The notes beneath the pieces are model-generated. The model was not told the DNA's origin. It saw nothing but the letters and a program-made list of their open reading frames with translations, and made no database searches. Source: Octopus bimaculoides (lineage: Eukaryota). From it: 64,000 nucleotides of DNA. Positions 1 to 13,495 of this stretch are shown here, piece after piece. Every line of letters begins with the position of its first letter. Position 1 is the stretch's first letter. The DNA lies in the NCBI RefSeq assembly GCF_001194135.2, contig NC_068990.1:80348453-80412452 (forward strand), given 5' to 3'. The translations under genes were made by a program, and so were the position numbers.

Positions 1-180
1 TCTTGAAGCCGAGAATGTGAACTTACGGAGACAATATTTACATATCACATGAGGAGAAACAACTAGGTCTCATAATTCAGGGAAACAGTTGCATAATCAA
101 GTACCTGCACGCCTGAAGAACCACGTTGCGGGGAAACAACTGTAGTAATTAAAAAAGTAAATATCCATCCGTACTCATAC

Positions 181-330
181 TTATTTCTTAATTGCTCACA
201 AGGGGATAAACATAGAGGGGACAAACATAGAGGGGACAAACAAGGACAGACAAAGGGATTAAATCAGAACGTAACGGCAGACTAAATACCGCTAAGCATT
301 TTGCCCGGCGTGCTAGCGTTTCTGCCAGCT
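181..330 (-). mobile_element. tRNA-derived SINE, 'tail A' type, internally deleted
   Basis: Reverse strand carries the head (gctggcagaaacgctagcacgccgggcaaaatgcttagcggtatttag) joined almost directly to the tail (ttaatccctttgtctgtccttgtttgtcccctct...ccccttgtgagcaattaagaaata). The central body seen in the copies at 13496 and 59070 is missing, and aaacatagaggggac is tandemly duplicated. Confidence 0.85.
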
Positions 331-354
331 GTACTCATTCTTGTTGACTAAGTC

Positions 355-455
355 ATATATGTGTTTGTGTGTGTGAGTGTGTGTGTATGTGTGTGTATGT
401 GTGTATGTTTGTGTATGTGTGTATGTATGTGTGCGTGTATGTGTGTGTGAGTGCG
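355..455. repeat. Degenerate (TG)/(TGTA) microsatellite
   Basis: Directly visible. Confidence 0.9.
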
Positions 456-596
456 TATGTGACATCTTCAATATAGCATAGATTCAATTTTCAAAAGAAA
501 CATAGCTGACCGTTTATTACAATAAAGGCCGACCAGGCTTACCCTAGAATGTGAATTATCTGCAGAAACTAACTTTTAATATGTAGAACCGTTGGT

Positions 597-728
597 TTCA
601 CCAAGGTCGACTTTATCTTTCATTCTTTCGTGGTCGATCAAATAACTACCAGTTGAGCACTGGAGTCGATGTAATCGGCTTACCCGCTCCCTCGAAATTG
701 CTAGCATTGTGCCAATATTTTAAACCAT
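597..728 (+). mobile_element. SINE body and tail, 5' truncated
   Basis: aaggtcgactttatctttcattctttcgtggtcgatcaaataactaccagttgagcactggagtcgatgtaatcg matches the body of the copies at 33384 and 59070. Confidence 0.8.
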
Positions 729-1603
729 TGTGTCGAAACGTTGCATGAATTTCTATAAATTTCGTCAACTGATGGGAAGAAAGAAACATTGAAATCTAAA
801 GAGGAATGCTGATGTAAATGACTAAGCATCATTGTTTTAAATATGTATACCATGAACAAAAAATATGGAACTACTCTAGAATTTCAAAGATACTTAAGAG
901 TCATAAAAAATTGACAACTTCCATGCATTGAGTATTCAAGATGTTTAAATTGTTTTGACACATTCGCTTCTTTTAACTTTGAAGCTGGCATGAGTGTCAC
1001 AACACCCACTTGTAGTTAAAGAACCACTGCTTTCATGTGTAAGATATAAATATATATTTACTGAAGTGTATTGACAAAATGTCAACAAATTCTCAACATT
1101 GTATTATGCGTGTGGAAATTTAAATTCCTTCAGAAAGTTGATAATTGTCCAAGTTTTTCTTGCAATCGCCGTTTTCCGCTACAGGTCAGGCAACTGATGT
1201 TTTCCGACAATACCGTGTTTCATTTAAATAAGATTCTTACAAAATATAAATAGCCGGAAGACAATAAGGTAAGAAAGGAAATATTCTTTGTACATTAATT
1301 ATCTTCTGTTGAAACCTAGCACACCTGCTGTGTGTGCTCGTGATATAAAAGGTAACGAAATCAATCACAAACAATACATCTATTTTAAGCTTATTTAGGA
1401 CTTTCAGCTAAAGGTCTGTGGTTCAAAACAGGGGATATTCCAAGGGCAGATATCACGACCTATTTCACTTCATATATTCACTAGATATGAATATAAGCTC
1501 AAATCCGTTGCCTAGTTAATACAAAAGAACATATATATGACAGATATATTCATATGTGTGTATGTGCGTACATGCATTGTGTGCGTGCGAGGTTGTGTGC
1601 ATG

Positions 1604-1671
<68 letters not shown>

Positions 1672-1679
1672 AATCTATC
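1604..1679. repeat. (TATC)n microsatellite
   Basis: Directly visible; source of the IYLS ORFs in the track. Confidence 0.98.
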
Positions 1680-2124
1680 AATTATTTTATCTGGAGGCTT
1701 AAGGAAACGAAAACAAAATACATTGCATTGTCCATACTTAGACATGCGAGTTCCTACAACGAGAGTCCCTGTCACTTATGCTCCGAGGAGTCACTCTCGA
1801 CAATGTTAACAAAGGAGCGCATTATGAAAATTTCATTGAACAATTGCCCATATGCCTACACGCAGATAAATACACATTCACATAGTAAAATCTGGACCAT
1901 TTGATGTATACATGGCGCCCACAACACTTAATACACCTGAACTTGAGGAACTATATTCGAATAACTTGTATTTGACATATGATCTTGCAATCTAGATCCA
2001 CATATGTATATGTATATATGTACATATATACATGTATATATATGTGTGTGTGTGTATGCGTGTATACTTATAGATATATGTGTCTTTACATATGTATATA
2101 TGTATATATATATATATGTATATA

Positions 2125-2525
2125 NNNNNNNNNNNNNNNNNNNNNNNNNNNNNNNNNNNNNNNNNNNNNNNNNNNNNNNNNNNNNNNNNNNNNNNNNNNN
2201 NNNNNNNNNNNNNNNNNNNNNNNNNNNNNNNNNNNNNNNNNNNNNNNNNNNNNNNNNNNNNNNNNNNNNNNNNNNNNNNNNNNNNNNNNNNNNNNNNNNN
2301 NNNNNNNNNNNNNNNNNNNNNNNNNNNNNNNNNNNNNNNNNNNNNNNNNNNNNNNNNNNNNNNNNNNNNNNNNNNNNNNNNNNNNNNNNNNNNNNNNNNN
2401 NNNNNNNNNNNNNNNNNNNNNNNNNNNNNNNNNNNNNNNNNNNNNNNNNNNNNNNNNNNNNNNNNNNNNNNNNNNNNNNNNNNNNNNNNNNNNNNNNNNN
2501 NNNNNNNNNNNNNNNNNNNNNNNNN
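2125..2525. other. Assembly gap. Others: 15481-16093, 18810-19067, 20504-21090, 22707-23138, 27859-28095, 38834-39175, 43469-43478, 52239-52443, 63346-63355
   Basis: N runs, mostly abutting (TA)n, (CA)n or (CTT)n. Confidence 0.99.
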
Positions 2526-2556
<31 letters not shown>

Positions 2557-4549
2557 GTCCGTACGTGTACTTATGTGTGTGTATCTAGTTGTATGTATAT
2601 GCTCATATACTTAGATGTGCGTGTGTGAGCGCGTATATACATATCTCTTTGTATGTACATATGCGTCTAAGCACGAACACGTAAAAAATTTCCTCTAAGT
2701 ATTATCTTTCTTTCAACTTCTGCCTCCTTTTTTTTCTCTTAACAGTTACAACAGCGAATGCTGATTACGTCATTTTTCTCTAAACGAGAATGTATTTTCC
2801 AGGTTCATATTTGAATTTTTTGCGTTTCAATAATTTCTCTCTGATTTTACTCATTCTTGAATTAGATCGACTCAAGAAATCTCTAGTGAGACTTTTTATT
2901 GATGTATCTGAAGAGACCCAGAACGAATCGAAACACGTGTTGTAGCCAATAAAGTTTATTACAAATTCCATCTCCTATTTTATTAATACTGTTATCCCAA
3001 CCGCCATTATCACGTTCCTCCAATGAATCTACGGATTTACAGGTAATCGAAACTGTGACGGTGCTTTATTCATCATCAATTTATACATGTCATACTATTT
3101 ACCCATTATATATATACCTGTGTGAGTAAGTGTATATATGTATGTATGTGCATGTGTGTGTATGTAAGATAGTTCCGAATTACTTTACTCAAAATCTCTT
3201 CTGCCCTCCAAATACGGAAATGCGTTGCTAGAATTAATGAGCATGAATTGTATGGCTGCTGACCGGAGATATTTTCTGTTTGGTTCGTTGTTTCCATTAA
3301 TGTCAATAAATTTCTCTAGGGTTAAATTTGCCAGCTACCTGAAATATCCAGGTATTCGTATTCTTATCCCGAATAAATCAAACTCGTGAGTCCTTAGAAT
3401 TCCTCCTCTAATGAATCAGATGTATAATAAAAAAACAAAAACAAAAAGCGATGATGCTTAAATCTCTGTCCAGTGCATGCTTGCTGCAGATAATAGGATA
3501 CGGAGAGAAAATGTCACTTCTTTTCTATTTGACGACTTAAAATCTTATGCAAAGAAACAAAAATCTCACAAGTTTTATTATACTAAATAATTACACTATT
3601 ACTCGGGAGTAATCCATAATACTCGTACAAAATATGTTTATTATTTCATATGATATAGTAGGTAGCTGGCAGAATATTAGCATATCGGGCAAAAAAAATT
3701 GTAGTATTTCTTTGGGCTCTATACTTTCTGATTTCATATTCTGCTGAGGAAGATACTGCTTTCATCCATTCCGTGTCAATAGAATAAGTGCTAGGTTATC
3801 TTAGAATATCTGTCAACTTGTGAACTACCATTGTATATTTAGACTTAATACCTAGGTGCAGAACAGACAGCGAGACTTATAAATGTTTCGTATATAATGA
3901 TGAATAAACAGAATAGAAGAAATAAAATATGGTGAAACAAAGCACAAATGGAAATTTTTGCGGTTATAGAAAGAAAATGTATCCATCCATTCGATGAAAT
4001 CCTGAGCTGACAACTCACTTATCATGTTTAACGGATCAATAGTTTTAAATTGCTCAAAATACCTTTGCAACGTTATCTCAGACAGGCAGCGGAAGTTTTC
4101 ATGTTGCAAAGTTTTTCTTTGTTTTCATCACTATTTTTTTCTGTCTTAACCTGAGAATGTATAGCACATTATTTTCACTATTCTAACTTTCTTCCATTCT
4201 TTAATTCTAACATTTTCATTTCTTTTCCTCTGTTGATTCTTCTTCATATTTTCTTCTTAATTATATAACCTATCAAACATATTCAGTATATAATCAGATC
4301 AATACTATTTACATACAACCTGACAAGCAGGTATGAGGTTTCGAGCATGTTTATAATACTTGCTTTTACTTGATTTCTTATTCCCGACTTTGTAAATAAA
4401 ACACACAGCAGTCAAGGAAATACAGTTACAAAACCGCATATTATTAATTTCAAGGGATATCTTCGGTGGAGAATGACATTGAGTTGGAAAGAACGTAGAA
4501 TACATACAGGACAAAGTTCCTTACTATATTATAGTACAATGTATACGTA

Positions 4550-5370
4550 TATATTTAAGTCAATCCTATATGATACTGAGCTAAAAAGTTTCCCAAAAAA
4601 TTCCTGAGTTTTTTGCGCGTCCTTTCTAAGACTACTTTACTATTATTACGGATAACAAATAAAGCGTCATCCCTGTACAAACCCCCTCGAAGATCAGAGA
4701 ATATACACTTGAGACAGTGTAAGAGGTAGATACAAACACGATCAATGACCTGGGCCTTGTCGTCATGTCTCATGGCAATATCAAAATTGCTTGGAGTGTC
4801 ACGTCTCGTTCACAGTTTATCAATTTTATCTTTAGTTTATAGAAGAAAAATTCCTAGCAAAACCTAAGGCTTTATGAAGAAATATAGGAGATATGCTAGA
4901 ATGATACGCGTTAATATCGAATTGCAGAAAGGAGTATTTACATTTATTATCTACAGAGATAAACCAATATGTGACCTCACCTGTATTGGAACATAAAGTG
5001 TATAGTAGGAATTAGTTGAGGTATAATCCTATCAAGTATAGATTTACTTAAATAAACCGATCTAGTAGGGCATATGAGTCGAACTGCTGGGCTATCAAAA
5101 AAGTTCTGTTTGTGGTCCTTTAAGTTTATTCTAGATTTGCAGGTCTTGATTGTTCAGTTCGGTCCAAGAGTTTTAGTTTATTCATGACTTTATATGTCTC
5201 GGAGTTGATTTTAGTGAGGTTGTCTTTACCAGCGGTCTTATAATTAGTATTTAGTGCTTCGAGTTTTAACATTATTCGGTACCTTCTATTAGTGGGCATC
5301 TGGAGTCTATTAAGTGCAGTATAATTTGTGTAGCGTATGTTCTTAAATACAGCATTGAGACGCATCATCA
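4550..5370 (-). mobile_element. Decayed Penelope-like retroelement, reverse transcriptase region
   Basis: Minus-strand motifs in the correct order across frameshifts: YKTAGKDNLTKINSETYKVMNKLKLLDR, INLKDHKQNF, NTGEVTYWF, FLQFDINAYHSSIS..LHKALGFA, NFDIAMRHDDKAQVIDRVCIYLL, GGLYRDDAL..LERTRKKL. These resemble PLE RT motifs (ITLKDHKENF, FDIxxFYPSI, FDVTMGSYDGAE, GLYRDDGL). Confidence 0.85.
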
Positions 5371-5794
5371 ATTGTGTGTAGTTAATCGTATATACAATTG
5401 GAATAATAATCTGTCTGTACTATATATACCACTAATAAATCTTAGGTCTATAGAAAGTGATTGATATATAATGTTTAATATGAAATGGGGCTGCCTAGAT
5501 TGTTTACTTATTAAAGGTTTATGTTGTTTCTGATTTAATATAAAACATCTCTTTTCTTATTCCATTGTTTGTCAAATAGTACCAGCACCAGAAGCTGGAC
5601 CATCAGCAAGGTCGATGTGTGTAGCTTCACAGTTTTTAGTTTCGTTGTGCATGATTATTATTAACTTAACATGTTCTGATTGCTACGCAGAACACTTTTT
5701 TTATTCACGATATTTTTTGGTGTCCGTATTCAGCAGGTAATGTACGCCTAGAGTGAACGACAATTCTTAGATGTAATTAAGATATTACCATATT

Positions 5795-6010
5795 AAGGCG
5801 GTGTGCTGGGAGAATCGTTAGCACACACCGCGCGAGATGCTTAGTGGCGTTTAGTCCGTCTTTACGGTCTGAGATCAAATTCCGCTGATAGCTACGTTAC
5901 CTTTCGCACTCGGAGTCGATAAAATAACTTTTAGTTCAGAATTGGGGGTCGATGTTATCGACTTTCTCCTTCGTCCGAAATTGCTGGTCTTGTGCCAAAA
6001 TTTGAAACCA
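5795..6010 (+). mobile_element. Near full-length diverged tRNA-derived SINE
   Basis: Head aaggcggtgtgctgggagaatcgttagc, B-box-like gagatcaaattcc, body ggagtcgataaaataa, tail ggtcttgtgccaaaatttgaaacca. Confidence 0.85.
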
Positions 6011-6538
6011 ATATATTGCAATATCCACTATAGTATGAGCCAAGTTCCAGAAAGACAAGCGTCCTTTGTTTTAATCATGAATAGAAAAATGAAAAACAAA
6101 ATTATGGTAGAAATGTTAATGCCGAAAACAGTTTTTTGCTGCATATAATCACGTGCCCTTATATTTTTACTGCAGATCTCACTTGAATAGGTTCACCTTC
6201 AAGACGGACATGAATTCTTTAACAAGTCAGCTTCTACGTGACATGTGGTTTTGAGTCTAGCTTTAGAATATTCTTGCAGCAGTTTTAAATTCTTTCCTCA
6301 AATACTTTCATTTCTATATTATTTTCCATACCAATTCTTTTTGCTGCGAATATTATGTAGATGTAAAATGGACATTTTTTTCAATTGTTAGTGAAAGAAT
6401 CTATCGATAACAGGTAAATCCAATGACTGAAAAGCCTGTAAAATACTTTTTTTATTTTAATGTCTGCTTATAGGGTAAAATGGACAGGTTATTTCAATAG
6501 AGAACGAAATGTTATACTTCTATTATGCAAAATAATAG

Positions 6539-6582
<44 letters not shown>

Positions 6583-6892
6583 ATATATATATGCTATTAC
6601 ATTGTATAATAGAAGTCTAACACGAATCATGAATGAGCTATCGTATGTTGAATGGTCTTTCACACGTGCGCACACCTCCTCCAGCATCAAAATATCTTGG
6701 CAGATCTGTGTATACACTGTCACAAACATATGTGCAAAACACACCCCACCAAAACATGTGAACAAAACTATGTGCAGAATTACCCCAAAACATAGGAATT
6801 ATTATCAGAAAAATAAAAAGAAGAAACAAAAAAAAATAAGCAACTTGAATACCACCAACAGCTACACATATATTCGATGGCTTTCCCCCTGT

Positions 6893-7830
6893 TCCAATCC
6901 AAAAAGTATAACCTGCAACAGTACATGAAGACCATCATCAGTAACCAGAGAACAGCGGAGGAGAAATAGGCCATTGAGAAAATCAAACTCAACCGCAAGT
7001 GTTCTTCTCTTTTGCGAAAAAACACAAGGTCACTATCTCCACTGTTGGCTCTCATACTACTCTTCATGATAATACCTAAACCATGGGCGAGATATTTCAG
7101 AAACAATACTGCTCTTTTTTCAGCAATCCTGATATGGCCAATCTAGGCTGTATCAGTGATGTTAACACACTATATCGGACATAACGTTTTGCGTCCCCGA
7201 TGCCATAGCGGTAATAAACCAAATTAAATACAATTCAGCTCTAGGCCCTATAGGTTCCCTTCTTGTGTCTTGAAGAGGTATCGGCAGCAACTTGAATCTC
7301 CTCTTCCTAATCCGTGGAGGAGCTCACTGAATGCTGGCTATATTCTTTCTCAGTCTGTTGTCCTAGTTTTGAATTACCGACCGATCTCACTCACCTCTCA
7401 TATCATCAAAGTATTTGAGAGGGTGCCGAGATCACGATAATCTACTTTCCTGAAAGTAACAGACTGTTGAATCCCAACCAACATCGGTTCCGTAATAGTA
7501 GGAACTGCCTAATACAGCTCCTGCATCACTTTGATGACATTTTGAGAGCTTTGGGAGAGGGCTCCAACACGGATGTCATCTAGCTTGATTTTAGCAAGGC
7601 CTTTGACAAAGCTGATCATAAGATCTTGAAAACAGTATCCAACATCGGTGTCTCTAGAAAGTTACTACAATGGATCAAGTGTATTCTGACAGAGAGAACC
7701 CAAAACGTTGTAGTCGAAGGAGTAAAGTCAAGCGCAGCCAAAGTCGGTAGTGATGTTCCACAAAGCACTCTGTTGGGCCCACTTCTTTTCATCATCTACA
7801 TCAATGACATTACTGACATCATCAAGCACA
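6893..7830 (+). mobile_element. Decayed CR1/Jockey-group LINE ORF2 (RT) fragment
   Basis: AIEKIKLNRK/FFSFAKK, MGEIFQKQY, NYRPISLTSHIIKVFER, LLNPNQHRFRNSRNCLIQLL, DVI*LDFSKAFDKADH, LLQWIKCILTERTQNVVVEG, VPQSTLLGPLLFIIYINDI. Stops and frameshifts present; truncated before the YADD motif. Confidence 0.93.
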
Positions 7831-7904
7831 ACAAACAAGAATCTACAGCATTCTTTTCTTTTTTTCTTTTACTTGTTTCAGTCCAAATGCACCTAGAGTT
7901 GACT

Positions 7905-7970
7905 ATGCCTTTTATCCTTAGAGGATCGATAATATATAAGTACCAGCTAAATAGTAGGGTCGATACAACC
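7905..7970 (+). mobile_element. Short SINE body remnant
   Basis: gcctttatccttagaggatcgataatataagtaccagct...gggtcgatacaacc resembles the family body. Confidence 0.6.
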
Positions 7971-9309
7971 ACTTACATTTTCCCCAAAATTTTTCCAAAA
8001 TATAATTGGTTGTAAACGTTGTAATTGACATAGATTTTGTAACTAAAAAATCAATTAAGAAACATTGAAATAATTTTATATTTTTTTGTGAAAAATTAGG
8101 TCATTATATTTCTTTGCAACAAAATTACTTAATTTTTCCAATTTCCGTATCTATAACACAGTAAACAACAGTGAATATGAACTGACATTCCTGTAACTAA
8201 ATAGCACTAATTAATAACCTCGGGTCGCATTCTTCACGGAAATGAGATTTAGAAAGTGCATTTTGGCGCATATAAGATCGATATTATAATCTTCCGCATA
8301 ATTGCATATATAAACTAATCTAAAACTCTTCAAACGTGTCTTTTTTCAGTGCCGAAATCCATCGATTATTATTTATGAAAACTGATGGGCACAACGCAGA
8401 ACATAGAGGAAGGCTTAAGATTGATCTACCTGAATGTTTGCTTGATGAAGGTTTGTTTCCAAATAAACAATACAGCAATAGGAGTAAATATATCTGATAT
8501 ATATAAAATATAATTATAGCCGTTATATAGAGCGTTATATTCAACATGATCATCTCAATAACATAACAACATGCGCCAATGAAGGAGTCAATCTATAAGT
8601 TTTCTAAGTGTTAAAAACAGCACGCAACTCCCCTTCAAATCTTACACCGATGAATGTAATTATATATGCAGTAATACTGAAACTGAAAACATGAAAAGAA
8701 GCTTGATCTTAGATGTGCTCTGTCAAAATGTATTTCACGCTAAACAACTGAAGCAATACTTAGAATATAAAATGAACACTGAGAACATGACTGACCTAGA
8801 AAAGATACATGCGGCCGCGTAATTTCTTAAAATATATGTCCCAAACTTCCCTCAATCCCACAATTTTGTCTCAAATTATGGAACAGCATATTGGATAATG
8901 TACTTCTTGATACACCACACATGAAACTAAAATAGTATTGTCACTGCTTTTGAGGAAAGATCTACTGAGGATAACCCGCTACGAAAATGACAACAGAAGA
9001 AAATATTTCTAAGCTTCTAAGGTATGCAAAATACAATCATATGAAACCTAAGTGAACCTTTCTTTCGCCGGTGTTTTTAGATTTGTGACACATATATTGT
9101 CAATTCTATAGACGAGGATTTATTTTATAATATCGTCAGACAGAATGGCAATGTCCGTCTCACTTTACTGGACATCCAAGTCTTGCGGAAAGGAAGTGAG
9201 AATGAAAGTCTCTTCAGAATGAAATCTTGACTGAAATGCTTGCAATACCTAAGATCCTGGGTCAGGCTGTTGAACCAGGCATTGAATGAAGTATAGCACC
9301 GAATAAACT

Positions 9310-9530
9310 GACGTCGGAAAATGAACTCGGGTTTCAAAGAGCCGGAACAAATATAGCAATGCCTCCCCTCCGTCGTTCTCATAGACCTGCCAATCCCCTG
9401 TCCTGGATTACTGCTGTATGTCAACACAGAGAGGGAAAGGCAAAATTGACTCGGCGGGATTTGAACTTAGAAGCCAGAGACTCAAGACAAATACTTCGAA
9501 GCACATTAGCGAACGTTCTAATGGCTGTTA
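9310..9530 (-). mobile_element. Two SINE 5'-half remnants
   Basis: gaaaggcaaaattgactcggcgggatttgaactt (about 9435-9470) and atgaactcgggtttcaaagagccggaacaaata (about 9321-9353) are reverse-strand head fragments. Confidence 0.6.
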
Positions 9531-12276
9531 GTTGATAAGAAATTGGTTTGAGCATATTCGTGCAAATTTCTGAACAGTTTTTTGTTGTTCTTTATGTTTA
9601 CTGTCAAGTCAATCACCATGCAAAAGACGAAGATATGCAAGTCATATTCTTATTAATATGCAAGACTAAATGATCTCATGTATCACCTCTTTATAACAGA
9701 CAACAATATATTCCTACAGGATTTTTGTTACCATTGTAAAGATTGTCTCCTTAACCTCCTCGTAGTTTCTCTTCTATTTGTGCAGCACTTCTTCATACAT
9801 AATTTCAATGACTGAATATGTTAAAGGACTAGTATGAATTCATGGAGACGTGATTAAATAGAAGCACTTTTTATAGATGGTCAATAATTATCATACTGTA
9901 TATGTATATTGAATAAAGCTTCAGACGTCTATAGTAACTAGCAACTTAATTACTTTCACAGAAATGGACACTTGAATCTGATCCATCTATAGTAATTAGT
10001 TACACACTTTTTGTTTTATCTCAAACAGAATCCTTAGACATTCATGATAATTAGACCTTTACGTTTTGTGGAAAGAGGTCTGATATATCGATAGTCATTT
10101 GCAACGTACCTGCAATAGAAGTCTGAGATATCCCCAGTAATTAGCCAAATAAATAATTAGTTATGTCTGAAATAAAAGGCTGAACCATTTATAGTAATTA
10201 ACCAGCTAAATGTTAATAAATTGAATGCAAGGTCGAACCACGTATAACAATTTGACAGCTAATTAATTTCATCTGTACAAAACAACGCGGAAGCATCTAT
10301 GCTGTCACTCATCTTGCGACGAATAACTGAGAAAATTTCCCCAAACTTTTCTCTACTGCGAAAACGACACACTGAATGGCTGGATCGTGATTTTCATAGA
10401 GCTACATTTTTTCATAGATCTTTGTTTAAAGGCATTCTTTAAACGAACCATTGACCTAAAATTTTATTTGGTACACAAACTTGTACACTGATAGAAATAG
10501 AGACAGCAACGGAAAATTTTGTAAGAGCTCGTAATTTGCCTTGCTTTTATAACTTCTGGATAAAATGTCGCTCTATTGTAGTTACATGCCTGGATGATCT
10601 GGCAATCAGAGAATATTATTATGGAAAAAAATCTTCCGATTTTTAGCAAATGACACAATATCGAAATATCGTAATTCTGTGCATGAAATATGAAGTGTAA
10701 TGATAGGGAAATGGGTCTTTAAGTGTCGGCTCAACATACAAGCAATAGCAACTAACTTCCTTGGAATCGCACCCTACTCTTTTAAAAGAGACGATGCATT
10801 AGACGATGTAGTCGAAGACACCATTAAAAAGACAGGATGGTTAAGGCTGTTCTATCAGCGCTTATGACTCCTCTAAATCAGAGTTCATTTTGGGCTATAG
10901 ACAGTAGCAAAACTACCAAAAGACTCTCGTAGATACTAGCGTAGCTTCAGTCACAAAGATCTAAAATAATTAAGCTACATGCTGCATAAAACTTCATCGT
11001 CATCGACAACATCCTAGGTAAAGTTCTAGCGAAAAATCTAATAAATCAGAAAATTGTATCATGTATGCCAATACAATATTAAATAATATTGTTCTAGCTT
11101 ACATGATACGCTTTTTAGAATTTAATTCCCACCGGCAATCGGCTTTGGTATATTATCGTTACAAATCAATAAATAGGTAGCAGCAGTATACGCGGGTCGA
11201 TTATATCGAATATATCCGACTCATACTCAGAAAGACACCAAAATATACTTGTCTCCATAATGGTAAAATGGTTATCTAACATTCTGTTCTCGATGTGTTA
11301 TAATGCCTGAGAGTAAAACATATTGACTATTCTTCGATTCCATTCACACGGAGTTTTGTCAAGTTAATCAATATGTTGACTTGAAATACAACTGCATAAT
11401 ACTTACACTTCAAATGTAACTGTTATTTCTTATTTGGAACACTCATTTTGCCTCTTCTATCTATTTATCGACTGAATTTTTTTCTCTCTCATCTATTCAA
11501 TTGTATAGTTTATATATTTGTGATGTGCGCTATTTTTTCTGCCAGCTATTTCTTTTTTCTTTTGACTTTTCCTTAAAAGTTCTTTTTTTTTTCTTTTGGT
11601 AATTCCTTGAATAATTTTATTTTCGATTTTCTTTCAATTGATTTATTTTATTTTATTTATGTAAATGTATTTATTTTTTGCACATATATTTTTGCTGGCA
11701 TAAAAAATCTGCCATGGAAAATTGTAGAAAGAAAACCTCTTGATAAATCACAAGTTATGTCCACTGTGTAAAATATATAATTAGACGTACAAAACACAGT
11801 TACGAACACACATATGCATATGCAGACACATAATGCATGCATATGTATTGGTACTTGCATATATACACACTCAAATACATCGACAGGCACAGACTATAGG
11901 CAGAAACTCAGTCAAGTTGATACTACTTATACAAGTGCTTACTGACTGTGTGAAAGGATGAATAGTTATCAACTGATAGAAAATTTCGAATTTATAAACA
12001 ATTGAATTCTGAATGTAATAATATTTATACTTCACCCAATATATACCAACAGCAGCAGAACATTTGTTTTAAAATGAACTGAAATTACATCATGGATTTG
12101 ACTGGGACCAATATTAAGTCTATATTTGTTATATATTTTGATTCACTTTATATCGGCTGTTGAATTTAAAAGTATTTCGTATTATTTTAAAATGATTTGC
12201 GTTCTATATTTTCCTCTCACACTCAATATTTTCCTTCCACACTCTATATTTTCTCTTTCGCTCTATATGTGCTTGT

Positions 12277-12338
12277 ATGTGAGTATCTGTACGCATGTAT
12301 GTGAGTATCTGTATGTGAGTATCTGTATGTGAGTATGC
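12277..12338. repeat. Short tandem repeat, unit tgtgagtatctgta, about 4 copies
   Basis: Directly visible. Confidence 0.85.
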
Positions 12339-12811
12339 GTTTGTGCATGAAGAGAGAGGAACTGAGTAGCGCGTGAGATAGAACCTGGCAAAAAAGAGAA
12401 GAACATTCGCTAGCTTCTCCAAATAACTATAGGCTTCGTTGAAAGTTAGAGAACCTCTGTGATGAGTAAACTTCCCATTATTCTTAACAACCACAAAGTC
12501 TACGCCTTGTCTACTCAGAAGGGTACATTTATTATACCCTTCAGGAAAGGAACTGGACTTAGTTTGAAAGTACATATTTGGCGCAAAACACTTTGGTAAT
12601 GCCTCCTGGATTGCACAAGGAAACAGCAGAATTTAACTTGTCAAGTAGTATGATTATATAGAAAAGAAAGACTCTGCCGACTTGCTAAATTCGAGAAGCT
12701 GAATTCCTGTTTCTCTCCATATTTTAATTTCATCTAGTAGCTTTGATTTTACCTAACTACCTATGACATTAGTTATCTGTTTCTATTTCTACCATAAAAG
12801 CGACACACACT

Positions 12812-12846
<35 letters not shown>

Positions 12847-13327
12847 GCACGCACGCACACGCACGCACACACACACACAAACACACACACACACACACAC
12901 ACGCATTTTTGATGGCAGTCAGCTATATAACGTGTATAACTATAGTTAGTTACTGAACTAGGTAACGTACGTAAGTGTTTCTTAGCTAAATACAATGTGG
13001 GAATATGACAACTGTCAGCATCTGCAGGTGTATGTCACTTCAGACTAACAATAGAAAGACAAAATTTAGTACATGATTGCTAGTCATATTGTTTTAGGTG
13101 GTGAAGAGTTTTTACTAGTGGTTATCAAATCCGTCATTAGCAAGACGTATTCGAATTAAAGATGAGTATTTGAAGGAATTGTTGATATCTATATCGTTTG
13201 ATTTCTTTGTGTCTCATTCAAACTCTATATTGTGTAATGCAATTATCTTCAAAACGCACAGAAGCATTCAGTATATTGTTCCCATGATATGCTCTCAATT
13301 AATTAGTACATAATATTTCCTATGAAT

Positions 13328-13495
13328 ATTCTTTTCTAATCTAGGCACAAGGCCCGAAATTTTAGGGAACGGGGCCGGTCGATTAGATCGACCCCATTAT
13401 GCAACTGGTACTTAATTTGTCGACACCGAAAGAGTGAAAGGCAAAGTCGACCTCGGCGGAATTTGAACTCAGAACGTAAAGACAGACGAAATACC
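13328..13495 (-). mobile_element. SINE 'tail B' type lacking its 5' start (3' half of a heterodimer)
   Basis: On its own strand it begins at ggtatttcgtctgtctttacg and ends gggccttgtgcctagattagaaaagaat. Confidence 0.92.

Noticed and set aside
2803-2953. Acceptor, 46-codon frame, stop, then AATAAA 2 nt later
   Set aside because: Intron-like composition, no recognisable peptide, an implausibly short UTR, and a length expected by chance in AT-rich DNA.
3852-4109. Minus-strand 85-aa ORF with protein-like look
   Set aside because: No good start or splice signals and no motif recognised.
9140-9195. Possible exon (tcgtcag| ... |gtgaga)
   Set aside because: All frames are open so there is no discrimination, and it sits beside SINE debris.
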